This document shows positions 37,391 to 50,365 of a stretch of 64,000 nt of DNA, piece by piece. Below the pieces are notes generated by a model, which was given only the letters and a program-made list of their open reading frames with translations, made no database searches and had not been told where the DNA came from. Origin of the DNA: Selaginella moellendorffii. Its lineage: Eukaryota > Plantae > Lycopodiophyta. The stretch's first letter is position 1. The number at the start of each line of letters is the position of its first letter. The translations under genes and the position numbers were made by a program. The stretch is from contig NW_003314270.1 in the NCBI RefSeq assembly GCF_000143415.4, positions 1,667,048 to 1,731,047 on the forward strand. Direction: 5' to 3'.

Positions 37391-40300
37391 GCGAGGAATT
37401 GCGTTCTTCTTCCAGCCACTGTCAATGTGGATGCAGAGAAGGGGGAGGAGCTCACCAGTTGGACTTTCGGGATAGAAGGCGAGGATCTGAGGCTGTACAA
37501 CACAGATGGTGGGAGAAAAGAATGCATGGGGATCCTCATCCAAGTGACAGACACTCCATGCAGTTCCATGCAAGAATATGGACTGGCACTTGTGGTAGAG
37601 ACAGCGTCTGCCTTCAAGATCCACCTTGCACATCCTAGCGGCTTCCCGGAGGGGGGCAGCGGCTATGAGGAATTCCTAGAGGGAGCTAGGGAGAGGTTGT
37701 CCAGGAGGCCCACAATTTCAAAGACGCTGCGGGTCTATGAAGATCACATGGAATCCACGGACCTCACCTACGGCGATGTTCAAAAACTATATTCCAACAT
37801 TGAGCCGTTGAGAGTGACTCCAGTTCGCGAAGCAAAGGGGAAGGGGGTCGATCTGGAAACTACCTCAAAGCAGAAAAGGGTGGTCAAGCTCAAGCCGACG
37901 TCCGACTCTCCTGCTCCAAAAAAGAAGCTACTCAGTGATGCCATTGCCTCGGGTTCGAACACTACACCCACCAAAAAGAAGAGCCGCAAAGAGCAGAAAG
38001 AGCAAGAAGAGGCAGCAAAAATCGTCGCAGATAATAGTACTTGTTACTATTCCAACAATGTATATACAATCGACGTGAGCCGTATCGACATCCAAAGCAA
38101 ATACAACCACAGGCTAGTATCTGATGAGTGGGTGGAGAAACTGAAGCAGAAGATGCTGGCAAGTCCAGTAACACCCGACATCGCAGACGTGATCCCCTAC
38201 TACTGAACAATGAAGGGCGAGACGAGGTTTCCAGACTTGATCAATAGGAAGGTGTTGGACGATCAGAACATCCGGTTCTATGCCGTCTCCGGGCAGCATT
38301 CTAGCTTGGCGATGCAAGAGATAGTTGTGGATATTATGGTGGGCGAGGAGGTGAAGAAAGTCTTCAAGACAAGAGTTGTCCGCCTGATAAAAGGCAACTC
38401 GCCCCTCCGATCTATCATATACATCTCCCACGCGCAGAATGTCAAGCAAGAAACGTGCTACAAATCGGGTCTGCACGAGACATTGGCACGAACACGGAAG
38501 CTCTGGGTTCAACTGAAGAAGCCACAAAAACCAGGACAAGGACGTGCACTAGCAACTAGCGCCTGGCAGGTAAGCCTCGTTGCATGTGGCATAGCATGTG
38601 GCCTCACGCCATTTCCATTGCAGGAATTCTCGAGTCTTCTCTCGAAAACACTGGGGGTCAATGACACACTCAGCATCCATAACATTCTACTCGCGACAAA
38701 AGTTGTTTTTGACAAATGGGTAGATGTGCTGAGGAGGTACCATGACGGGGAGTTGCCAAACTCAATGGGTGTGGAGGACGGCCGGAAGCCCAATGATTTG
38801 AAGCTCAACGCCTTGCGTTTCTCGCGGTCTCTAGACGACGACGACCTTCTGACAGTGGCTAATGCTCTTCTACGTGGTGAGGTTGTCTTCAACAAGACCA
38901 AAATGACTCCCGGCCATATTGTGACATACGAGGACTTGTGCACGACTCTGAGAGCTCGTGCGCTATTGAAGGATTGGATCTTCGAGCAAGTGGCCGTGGA
39001 GAGGGTGAGCATCGACACCACGCAAGAGATGATGGAAGCGCTGGAGTTGTCAAATGAAGACATCGACGAGTACGTGAAGGGGGCCCCCAAGTTCATCGAT
39101 CTGCTGCGGGATGCCACGAAAAGTAAAGCTGAGAAGTTGGATCAGTATCCAAATTTCATTAAGATTGATGTCGACCGCCGGCTTCAGAAACAGCTCGACC
39201 CCGCAGCAGAGGCCTATCGAGAACCTTACCGGGTATACTTGAATTCGGATGAGGATCAAAGGTGGAGGAGCATCGTTTCCCGCGGAGATGAGCAGGTCAA
39301 GAACATCTTTTGTGTGATGGACTTCACAAACGAGGAGATCACTCATGCAGACGAAGTCAGCTCCATCATTGACTTAATGGTGGGACTTGCGGAGGTGGAA
39401 TCTTCAGTCCACTATATGATCTACGACTCCGAATCCTATCACAAGTTCTGGAAGGCCTTGAACGAGGTGAAGGCTCGGTTGAAAGGCAAGGAGATGCGGG
39501 AGATCCATGGGATAATGGCTAAGAAGAAGATACCGACGAATGTCCGCATCTTCACACTCGCCCTTGTTATTGGTCCTGCAGCAGAGTGGGACTGGAGTGA
39601 CTTCCCAGCTTCGTTCGACAAGGCCAATCGAATTGATCTGAGGGAGGTCAATTTACCCGTGCCTGAGGAACTGAAGACGGCTATGGAGCTTTCGAATCCA
39701 AAGAAAGCTCCAGGTGCAGCATGGGAAATGCTCAGCTGGGTCTTCAACGCAATAGCGGGTGGGTCATCTGCTTCCGACTCCAAGGGCAAATGCGTTGTCG
39801 AGTACAACTGCGGCGGACTATTCTTTCGAGCCGCACTACTCAAGGGTGTCCCTTGTGTTGCGGTGACAAACTCCATTGAAGAGATGACTTCAATGGAGCA
39901 TATAATTACAGTTGCCAAAGAAAAACAGTATCTTCTCTGCGAACCTGGTGAGTACACACTTTAAGTTTAAATGTTATCTCACAAGCTCTGTATGCAGGAG
40001 CGTGGCCACCCCCAGATGCTGAAACGGCGTTAACAGCTACTTTTGAAGATACCCATGTTGGGCCGAGCTCACAACCTGCACAAGGTAAGGTCACGTGAGG
40101 CCTCACGCCATTTTGATTATAGATCGTTGTGAATATTTAGACACGAGGACTGAAAAGCGCACTGGTGGCGCATCGAAGAAGGACAAACAGAAAAGCAATA
40201 GGAAAAAAGGAGGTACAAATTATATTTGCAATGGCGTGTGGTCTCATGCCATTCCTTGCAGGAGAAACTTCTTCAAAGGCAAAACAGGCAAGCACCAGCC

Positions 40301-42771
40301 AAGCTCAAACTGACAGTGGTCATAAAAAGCGAAAGCACGTTGGACAGTCGTCGAGATCAGAGGCGTTTGATTCGAAAAGGAAGAAGGGCAACGAAAAGAT
40401 GATAGGTAATGCCTCGCGGTTATGGCGTGTGTGCTCATGCCATTCATTGCAGATCAAGGGCTGAGTGAAAGCAGGCAGTCACCACCTCATGACTCAGATT
40501 CCTATGGCGGACTCCCCTTCCCCAATCTCAATGGAGAGGTACAATGGATGAGGGAAGCTTTTCAAGGCAGGGCCACGTTTTTCTCATCTCGTCGTCTTCG
40601 AAGGGTGCAAGAACGTGCAGAAACCATGTTAAGACAGTCGGGTGAGGATACGGTCCTAGGTCACGCACTAAAACAAGCTATGGATGTCTTGTATTTTGAG
40701 ATGGAGACTCGGCCAGATGATTTTCCCAAGATGGTCCTGGAAGAACAAGCCATCCAGCCTGAGCAGCCTATGGAAGAAATGCAGGAGGGGGATGAGGAGC
40801 CAGAGAAAGATAATGAGCAAGAAGAGCAGAAGGACGAAGAGGAGGACAAAGAAGAGGAGGACAAAGAAGAGGAGGACGAAGAGGACTTGGATGGTCCTCA
40901 CAATGGTGACGATCACAATAACGACGACGACGATGATGACGACGATGGCCAGCCTGAGGTGGCCAAAGAGCGGCGGAGGAAGGTCATACAAGACAAACCA
41001 TCAGGTAAATTATAATACATCCATTCCTAACCTTTTACCATTTCTAACATTGTCCATGTAGGTCGCAGAGCAAATGGTAAGTAGAGATTATTCAGTTGAA
41101 TTTACAAACTCTAGCCTTTAGTGTCGAGGAAGGATAGTGCCAAGCAAGGGTCGAAACGTATGTCCAATCCTTCAGAATCAGCAGTGCGCTCAAGTGATAT
41201 CGGTCCTAGTTCCTCAATAGCAGTTGATGGTAAATACAGTATAGTCGATTCAATGTGCTAATGAGTTTGTTTTTAGTAGCACGGGAGGATACCATCTCAA
41301 TCGAAGGGAGATATTTGGACATGCATATGGATCCGCCAGTGGACTCTACTTGGCTGCAAGAGTCATCAGAGCTGGTGGAGGCTACTATCCATATCAACGC
41401 TAAGCAAGCTGACCACGCTCCACTTGATGCTGCCCATACCACTGAGTCAATCTTGTCCACGTATCCAACTGACGGTGACCAGGCGCCATTGGACCCACAT
41501 GAGGCCGCCCCAGCCGCCGAGCCGGTCGTATCCTCATTTCCAATGGACTCAACGTGTGCCCAATCGTCTGACTACGCGCCGTTGGAACCTCCCTACACCG
41601 CCCCTGCTGCTTGTTCGGTCATGTCCACTTTGCCAACGGAGGCACCAGCTGAAATGGCGTGTGATCACACGCCATCGGAACCACCCCATGCCACTGTTGA
41701 GCCAGTTGTACCAGAGTCTACAGTTGAAATGGCATGTGCCCACACGCCATCGGATGCGATTGACCCCACATTGCAGAGGAGAGTATTTCCGCCCTTCACG
41801 TTTCCTCGACCAAAACCCTCTCAACGACCATTGGGAGCAACATTCGCTAATATTGTAGATGGTAAAATTGACTTGTACCATTTTTTATGCTGACGCATTT
41901 CATTTCAGAGTCACGGCGAAGGTACTGTATCGTTTTTGATCTGAACGGTGTCCTTTTCTCCCATGAGCGTGGCTCGTCCTCGAATGTCATTGCACCCTCC
42001 AAAGCCTGCGGTCGCAAGTTGGTCAAAAGAGACAGATTCACATTAATCACACGGGAGAAACTGCGGGATCTAATAATGACCATGCGACACTTAAAACAGA
42101 GGGCCGGGTTCAATTTGCAATTGGGAGTTTGGACATCCATGATGCGCCACAATGCATTAACGTTGCTACAGATGATGCACGATCAGACGCGAGTAATATT
42201 ACCATTTGACTTTCTCCTAACGCAGGAGGATTGCTTGACTATGGTCCATGTGAGGGGTAGCAAGCCCATCTTCGTCAAGCCAGAGGTTGTAGTGATGAAC
42301 CGGACTGCTAGCTCAAGTGAAATCCTTATCATCGATGACTCGCCGATTAAAACTGCAGCGAACACGCACACATATGCAGTGCACCCCATCTCTTGCAGTA
42401 TGGAAACTAGGGAGAAGAAACCGTATGTTCTGGGGGACCTTGCAAAACGGCTTGGAGCGATGGTGATAGAGAACCGGCCAGTCCAGGAGGTGGCTGCAGA
42501 AATCAACCAAATGGCAGATGGAACGGTATATCAGAAGCCATTTGATCGGACAGACACCAGTCATCATTTATGGCATGTATATTGTCTAGCCAAGCACTAT
42601 CCGCATCTCCATAATCTGCTCAACCGGATGGGTTCTTCGACCACTGAACATGAGCGTGGACGTATTAGAGAAGAGATGGCATTACTATTTGGTTTAAATC
42701 CTGATAGTGTGGAGAGTGATGAAATTCCAAGATTATTGTATAGGCGTTGGAGGCAAAAAATAACAGTCTGA
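37391..42771 (+). pseudogene. Transposon cargo gene, inner copy: ParB/DGQHR-like + degenerate N6/N4-MTase-like + acidic linker + FCP1/NIF HAD domain (>=1642 aa spliced; true start upstream and unresolved)
   Basis: Exons 37391-38569, 38624-39947, 39998-40084, 40141-40212, 40262-40405, 40453-41004, 41062-41076, 41122-41229, 41277-41861 and 41909-42771 join through GT-AG introns into one frame (4929 nt). One TGA at 38204-38206 is CGA in the other copy. Confidence 0.8.
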
Positions 42772-43217
42772 GATGGCATGTATTTATTTAAAAATGTAAC
42801 TTATTATGGCATGGTGTTCCATGCAATTGTATTAATATTAAAAGACAATTCTTTGAGAGGATTTGCATTATACTAGAAGTGTTACAGCATGTTATTGGAA
42901 GTCTACGAAGTTGTTTTATTAATAATGGGAAAGTAAAGATTGAATGGGGACTTGGGCTCCACCTAGACTCGGAGCAACTGAGCCAATATTAAAAGGATGG
43001 AAAGAAATTGGACGACGATGACAAGGAGAAGAGAGAGGTGAAGCAGTGGCAGGGGGAGGAGAAGTGATTGAGTAGACATTTCCTTGTTTAAAATAAAATG
43101 GCATGTGCCTCAATGCAGTTGAATTTTGTTATATTTATATACTATATAAAGGTTTGGAAACCTTATTTTACAAGTGGGATAATGACAATTCCCACTTTAA
43201 CGAAATAGAGCTTCCAA

Positions 43218-46200
43218 TAGAAATGCCATCTCTTCTCTAATACGTCCACGCTCACGTTCAGTGGTCGAAGAACCCATCCGGTTGAGCAGATTATGGAGAT
43301 GCGGATAGTGCTTGGCTAGACAATATACATGCCATAAATGATGACTGGTGTCTGTCCGATCAAATGGCTTCTGATATACCGTTCCATCTGCCATTTGGTT
43401 GATTTCTGCAGCCACCTCCTGGACTGGCCGGTTCTCTATCACCATCGCTTCAAGCCGTTTTGCAAGGTCCCCCAGAACATACGGTTTCTTCTCCCTAGTT
43501 TCCATACTGCAAGAGATGGGGTGCACTGCATATGTGTGCGTGTTCGCTGCAGTTTTAATCGGCGAGTCATCGATGATGAGGATTTCACTTGACCTAGCAG
43601 TCCGGTTCATCACTACAGCCTCTGGCTTGACGAAGATGGGCTTGCTACCCCTCACATGGACCATAGTCAAGCAATCCTCCTGCGTTAGGAGAAAGTCAAA
43701 TGGTAATATTACTCGCGTCTGATCGTGCATCATCTGTAGCAATGTTAATGCATTGTGGCGCATCATGGATGTCCAAACTCCCAATTGCAAATTGAACCCG
43801 GCCCTCTGTTTTAAGTGTCGCATGGTCATTATTAGATCCCGCAGTTTCTCCCGTGTGATTAATGTGAATCTGTCTCTTTTGACCAACTTGCGACCGCAGG
43901 CTTTGGAGGGTGCAGTGACATTCGAGGACGAGCCACGCTCATGGGAGAAAAGGACACCGTTCAGATCAAAAACGATACAGTACTTTCGCCGTGATTCTGA
44001 AATGAAATGCGTCAGCATAAAAAATGGTACAAGTCAATTTTACCATCTACAATATTAGCGAATGGTGCTCCCGATGGTCGTTCAGAGGGTTTTGGTCGAG
44101 GAAACGTGAAGGGCGGAAATACTCTCCTCTGCAATGTGGGGTCAATCGCATCCGATGGCGTGTGGGCACATGCCATTTCAGCTGTAGACTCTGGTACAAC
44201 TGGCTCAACACTGGCATGGGGTGGTTCCGATGGCGTGTGATCACACGCCATTTCAGCTGGTGCCTCCGTTGGCATAGTGGACATGACCGAACAGGCAGCA
44301 GGGGCGGTGTAGGGAGGTTCCAACGGCGCGTAGTCAGACGATTGGGCACACGTTGAGTCCGTTGGAAATGAGGATACGACCGGCTCGGCAGCTGGGGCGG
44401 CCTCATGCGGGTCTAATGGCGCCTGGTCACCGTCAGTTGGATACGTGGACAAGATTGACTCAGTGGTATGGGCAGCATCAAGTGGAGCGTGGTCAGCTTG
44501 CTTGGCGTTGATATGGATAGTAGCCTCCACCAGCTCTGATGACTCTTGCAGGCAAGTAGAGTCCATTGGCGGATCCATATGCATGTCCAAATATCTCCCT
44601 TCGATTGAGATGGTATCCTCCCGTGCTACTAAAAACAAACTCATTAGCACATTGAATCGACTATACTGTACTTACCATCAAGTGCTATTGGGCGCACTGC
44701 TGATTCTGAAGGATTGGACATACGTTTCGACCCTTGCTTGGCACTATCCTTCCTCGACACTAAAGGCTAGAGTTTGTATCTTAATTCAACTGAATAATCT
44801 CTACTTACCATTTCTTCTGCGACCTACATGGACAATGTTAGAAATGGTAAAAGGTTAGGAATGGATGTACTATTATTTACCTGATGGTTTGTCTTGTATG
44901 ACCTTCCTCCGCTGCTCTTTGGCCACCTCAGGCTGGCCATCGTCGTCATCATCGTCATCGTCGTTATTGTGATCGTCACCATTGTGAGGACCATCCAAGT
45001 CCTCTTCGTCCTCCTCTTCTTCGTCCTCCTCTTCATCGTCCTCCTCTTCTTTGTCCTCCTCTTCGTCCTTCTGCTCTTCCTGCTCATTATCTTTCTCTGG
45101 CTCCTCATCCCCCTCCTGCATTTCTTCCATAGGCTGCTCAGGCTGGATGGCTTGTTTTTCCAGGACCATCTTGGGAAAATCATCTGGCCGAGTCTCCATC
45201 TCAAAATACAAGACATCCATAGCCTGTTTTAGTGCTTGACCTAGGACCGTATCCTCACCCGACTGTCTTAACATGGTTTCTGCACGTTCTTGCACCCTTC
45301 GAAGACGACGAGATGAGAAAAACGTGGCCCTGACTTGAAAAGCATCCCTCATCCATTGTACCTCTCCATTGAGATTGGGGAAGGGGAGTCCGCCATAGGA
45401 ATCTGAGTCAGAAGGTGGTGACTGGCTCCTTTCACTCAGCCCTTGATCTGCAATGAATGGCATGAGCACACACGCCATAACCGCGAGGCATTACCTATCA
45501 TCTTTTCGTTGCCCTTCTTCCTTTTCGAATCAAACGCCTCTGATCCCGACGACTGTCCAACGTGCTTTCGCTTTTTATGACCACTGTCAGTTTGAGCTTG
45601 GCTGGTGCTTGCCTGTTTTGCCTTTGAAGAAGTGTCTCCTGCAAGGAATGGCATGAGACCACACGCCATTGCAAATATAATTTGTACCTCCTTTTTTCCT
45701 ATTGCTTGTCTGTTTGTCCTTCTTCGACGCGCCACCAGTGCGCTTTTCAGTCCTTGTGTCTGAATATTCACAATGATCTATAATCAAAATGGCGTGAGGC
45801 CTCACGTGACCTTACCTTGTGCAGGTTGTGAGCTCGGCCTAACATCAGTAGCTGTTAACGCCGTTTCAGCATCTGGGGGTGGCCACGCTCCTGCATACAG
45901 AGCTTGTGAGATAACATTTAAACTTAAAGTGCGTACTCACCAGGTTCGTAGAGAAGATACTGTTTTTCTTTGGCAACTGTAATTATATGCTCCATTGAAG
46001 TCACCTCTTCAATGGAGTTTGTCACCGCAACACACGGGACACCCTTGAGTAGTGCGGCTCGAAAGAATAGTCCGCCGCAGTTGTACTCGACAACGCATTT
46101 GCCCTTGGAGTCACCCGCTATTGCGTTGAAGACCCAGTTGAGCATTTCCCATGCTGCACCTGGAGCTTTCTTTGGATTCGAAAGCTCCATAGCCGTCTTC

Positions 46201-48482
46201 AGTTCCTCAGGCACGGGTAAATTGACCTCCCTCAGATCAATTCGATCGACCTTGTCGAACGAAGCTGGGAAGTCACTCCAGTCCCACTCTGCTGCAGGAC
46301 CAATAACAAGGGCGAGTGTGAAGATGCGGACATTCGTCGGTATCTTCTTCTTAGCCATTATACCATGGATCTCCTGCATCTCCTTGCCTTTCAACCGAGC
46401 CTTCACCTCGTTCAAGGCCTTCCAGAACTTGTGATAGGATTCGGAGTCGTAGATCATATAGTGGACTGAAGATTCCACCTCCGCAAGTCCCACCATTAAG
46501 TCAATGATGGAGCTGACTTCGTCTGCATGAGTGATCTCCTCGTTTGTGAAGTCCATCACACAAAAGATGTTCTTGACCTGCTCATCTCCGCGGGAAACGA
46601 TGCTCCTCCACCTTTGATCCTCATCCGAATTCACGTATACCCGGTAAGGTTCTCGATAGGCCTCTGCTGCGGGGTCGAGCTGTTTCTGAAGCTGGCGGTC
46701 GACATCCCTCTTAATGAAATTTGGATACTGATCCAACTTCTCAGCTTTACTTTTCGTGGCATCCCGCAGCAGATCGATGAACTTGGGGGCCCCCTTCACG
46801 TAGTCGTCGATGTCTTCATTTGACAAGTCCAGCTCTTCCATCATCTCTTGCCTGGTGTCGATGCTCACCCTCTCCATGGCCACTTGCTCGAAGATCCAAT
46901 CCTTCAATAGCGCACGAGCTCTCAGAGTCGTGCACAAGTCCTTGTATGTCACAATATGGCCGGGAGTCATTTTGGTCTTGTTGAAGACTACCTCACCACG
47001 TAGAAGAGCATTAGCCACTGTCAGAAGGTCGTCATCGTCTAGAGACCGCGAGAAACGCAAGGCGTTGAGCTTCAAATCATTGGGCTTCCGGCCGTCCTCC
47101 ACACCCATTGAGTTTAGCAACTCCCCGTCATGGTACTTCCTCAGCACATCTACCCATTTGTCAAAAACAACTTTTGTCGCGAGTAGAATGTTATGGATGC
47201 TGAGTGTGTCATTGACCCCCAGTGTTTTCGAGAGAAGACTCGAGAATTCCTGCAATGGAAATGGCGTGAGGCCACATGCTATGCCACATGCAACGAGGCT
47301 TACCTGCCAGGCGCTAGTTGCTAGTGCACGTCCTTGTCCTGGTTTTTGTGGCTTCTTCAGTTGAACCCAGAGCTTCCGTGTTCGTGCCAATGTCTCGTGC
47401 AGACCCGATTTGTAGCACGTTTCTTGCTTGACATTCTGCGCGTGGGAGATGTATATGATAGATCGGAGGGGCGAGTTGCCTTTTATCAGGCGGACAACTC
47501 TTGTCTTGAAGACTTTCTTCACCTCCTCGCCCACCATAATATCCACAACTATCTGTTGCATCGCCAAGCTAGAATGCTGCCCGGAGACGGCATAGAACCG
47601 GACGTTCTGATCGTCCAACACCTTCCTATTGATCAAGTCTGGAAACCTCGTCTCGCCCTTCATTGTTCGGTAGTAGGGGATCACGTCTGCGATGTCGGGT
47701 GTTACTGGACTTGCCAGCATCTTCTGCTTCAGTTTCTCCACCCACTCATCAGATACTAGCCTGTGGTTGTATTTGCTTTGGATGTCGATACGGCTCACGT
47801 CGATTGTATATACTTTGTTGGAATAGTAACAAGTACTATTATCTGCGACGATTTTTGCTGCCTCTTCTTGCTCTTTCTGCTCTTTGCGGCTCTTCTTTTT
47901 GGTGGGTGTAGTGTTCGAACCCGAGGCAATGGCATCACCGAGTAGCTTCTTTTTTGGAGCAGCAGAGTCGGACGTCGGCTTGAGCTTGACCACCCTTTTC
48001 TGCTTCGGGGTAGTTTCCAGATCGACCCCCTTCCCCTTCGCTTCGCAAACTGGAGGCACTCTCAACGGCTCAATGTTGGAATATAGTTTTTGAACATCGC
48101 CGTAGGTGAGGTCCGTGGATTCCATGTGATCTTCATAGACCCGCAGCGTCTTTGAAATTGTGGGCCTCCTGGACAACCTCTCCCTAGCTCCCTCTAGGAA
48201 TTTCTCATAGCCGCTGCCCCCCTCCGGGAAGCTGCTAGGATGTGCAAGGTGGATCTTGAAGGCGGACGCTGTCTCTACCACAAGTGCCAGTCCATATTCT
48301 TGCATGGAACTGCATGGAGTGTCTGTCACTTGGATGAGGATCCCCATGCATTCTTTTCTCCCACCATCTGTGTTGTACAGCATCAGATCCTCGCCTTCCA
48401 TCCCGAAAGTCCAACTGGTGAGCTCCTCCCCCTTCTCTGCATCCACATTGACAGTGGCTGGAAGAAGAACGCAATTCCTCGC
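43218..48482 (-). pseudogene. Transposon cargo gene, outer copy (frame open, but last ~27 codons displaced to 29910-29993 by the nested insertion)
   Basis: 859-aa ORF 45924-48503 plus the same downstream exons. NIF-like exon YCIVFDLNGVL..GVWTS..LIIDDSP.K; C-terminus GLNPDSVESDEIPRLLYRRWRQKITV* found at 29993-29910. Confidence 0.8.
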
Positions 48483-50332
48483 CTGTTCAGAAATGCACAA
48501 CAATTAGAGCTGACAGATGAAAAGCTAGCAGCTGGAAATAACGTGAGGCCACACGCCATTCACCACTGCATCAGATGTCTTGAGGCTGCATCCTAAGATG
48601 GCGTGAGGCTACACGCCATCTGTAACCGGACTGCACTCGAGAGCCCAATCGGTGCATGCCAATGTTGCTACTGAATGGCATGTGGCCTCATGCCATTTTC
48701 TACTTGGCCTAAAAGACTTACCATTTGAAGCCGAATGGAGGCCGTGACAATCGAGGCCGGACTCGCTGGCGAATGTGCACTGTGTGTGCAGCGGATCGTA
48801 GCAGCAAGGCTACTCTGCCACTTACAGTTGGAGAGTGGCGCTGAAATCTCCCGGGACGCCAAGTGGGCTGCGTGTGGGTGGCGGAGTGGGCGGCGGAGTT
48901 GGCGGCGAAGTTACAAAAGTGGACGCCGATGCACACGAGCGCGATGCGAGCGCGAGTGTGATGCAAGCGCGAGTGGATGCCGATGCACACGAGAAACCTG
49001 TAGAGAAGGCGCGAATGTGAGCATGATCGCGAGTGGGAGCGCGATGCGAGCGTGAGTGTGATGCAAGCGCGAGTGCGAGTGGAGCGCGAGTGTGCGAGCG
49101 TAGTCGCGAGCGCGAGTACGGAGCAAAATGCAAAACCTAACCTCACACGCGCGAAATGTCACAACGGTTGGTAATCCCGCCACGTCATCATTCCTTGGAC
49201 TTGGGCGCCACCATTAATTTCTGGATTGCCGCGCGCATGCAAGCACGCAAAATCCAAAAGAAATCCGCAACGTCATCATTCCTCGGACTGCATGCACGCG
49301 AAATCCAAAAGAAAGATCATGATTGGGATATCATTTAATACCCTCGCTATATTTATACCATGCATGATTGGATATTCCAAAGCATCTTGTATTTCCAAAA
49401 ATGGCAGATGTTCAGCTAAATAAAGAAATTCTATCTGTTTCTATTTTTCTCTCAAATCAATATTATAGCGTGTGGGCTCATGCAATTTTGAACCAAAAAA
49501 ACCCAAAAAACGTTGAACCCAAAATATTTTGAAAAAACCCAAAAAACCCTAAACATTTTAAACCCAAAAATCCAGGCGTCCTGTGGCGTTATTCCTTGAA
49601 TGGCGTGTGGGCGCATGCCATTTTCAGGGCCAAATGCTGAATGGAGAAAAATTCCCTTTCAGTGCAAATGCTGCAAGAGGCAGATGCCGAGCACAAAGGA
49701 CTGTAACTACCTCACATGACACAGATAAACTTTTCTCTATTTGGCAAAGATAAACTTTATAGCGTGTGGGCTCATGCAATTTTGAACCCAAAAAATGCAC
49801 CAAAAAATTCTCGGCGTCATCTGGCGTTATCTCTTGAATGGCGTGGGGCCGCATGCCATTTTCAGGGGCACATAGGAGTATATTCCTAGAATATTCTGAC
49901 ACACGCGAGATTTTTTTGAGTTTTCTGGAGATCCAACCATTAGATCACAACTAGATTTTACAGAATGGTATACAATGTCTTTCTTGATGACCCTGCAAAG
50001 AAGCATCTCGATCGGACACCACATGAGACCACACGAGCCTTACAATGTTTCAGGGGCATTTGCCATAGATCCGACCGTTATTTTGCTCCAAGATTTTACA
50101 GTTTGGTGTGCATTGACATTTCCATCGACACTGCAAAGGGACATCACAATCAGATGCGGGATCACAAGAAACTAACTTCACTAACTCTGGTTTCACCAAG
50201 ATCTACGTAAGGAGTTATGAAATGAAAGGACCCTCTCTATTGAAATGTGTTTATGGTCCTAGGGGCATTGTGACATATCAAAGGATTTTGCATCAAGTTC
50301 TGTATTTGCATGTTTATCAAGCTATTGAATTG

Positions 50333-50365
50333 CTAAACCCTAAACCCTAAACCCTAAACCCTAAA
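50333..50365 (-). repeat. Interstitial plant telomere repeat in the outer element
   Basis: CTAAA(CCCTAAA)4; homologous to 35664-35696. Confidence 0.95.

Larger units (their letters stand above)
29994..43213 (-). mobile_element. Same DNA transposon family, inner copy, inverted, inserted ~525 bp inside the outer copy
   Basis: Perfect 24-bp TIRs at 29994-30017 and 43190-43213. 4-bp TSD CCAA (29990-29993 / 43214-43217). Interrupts the last exon of the outer cargo gene. Confidence 0.95.
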
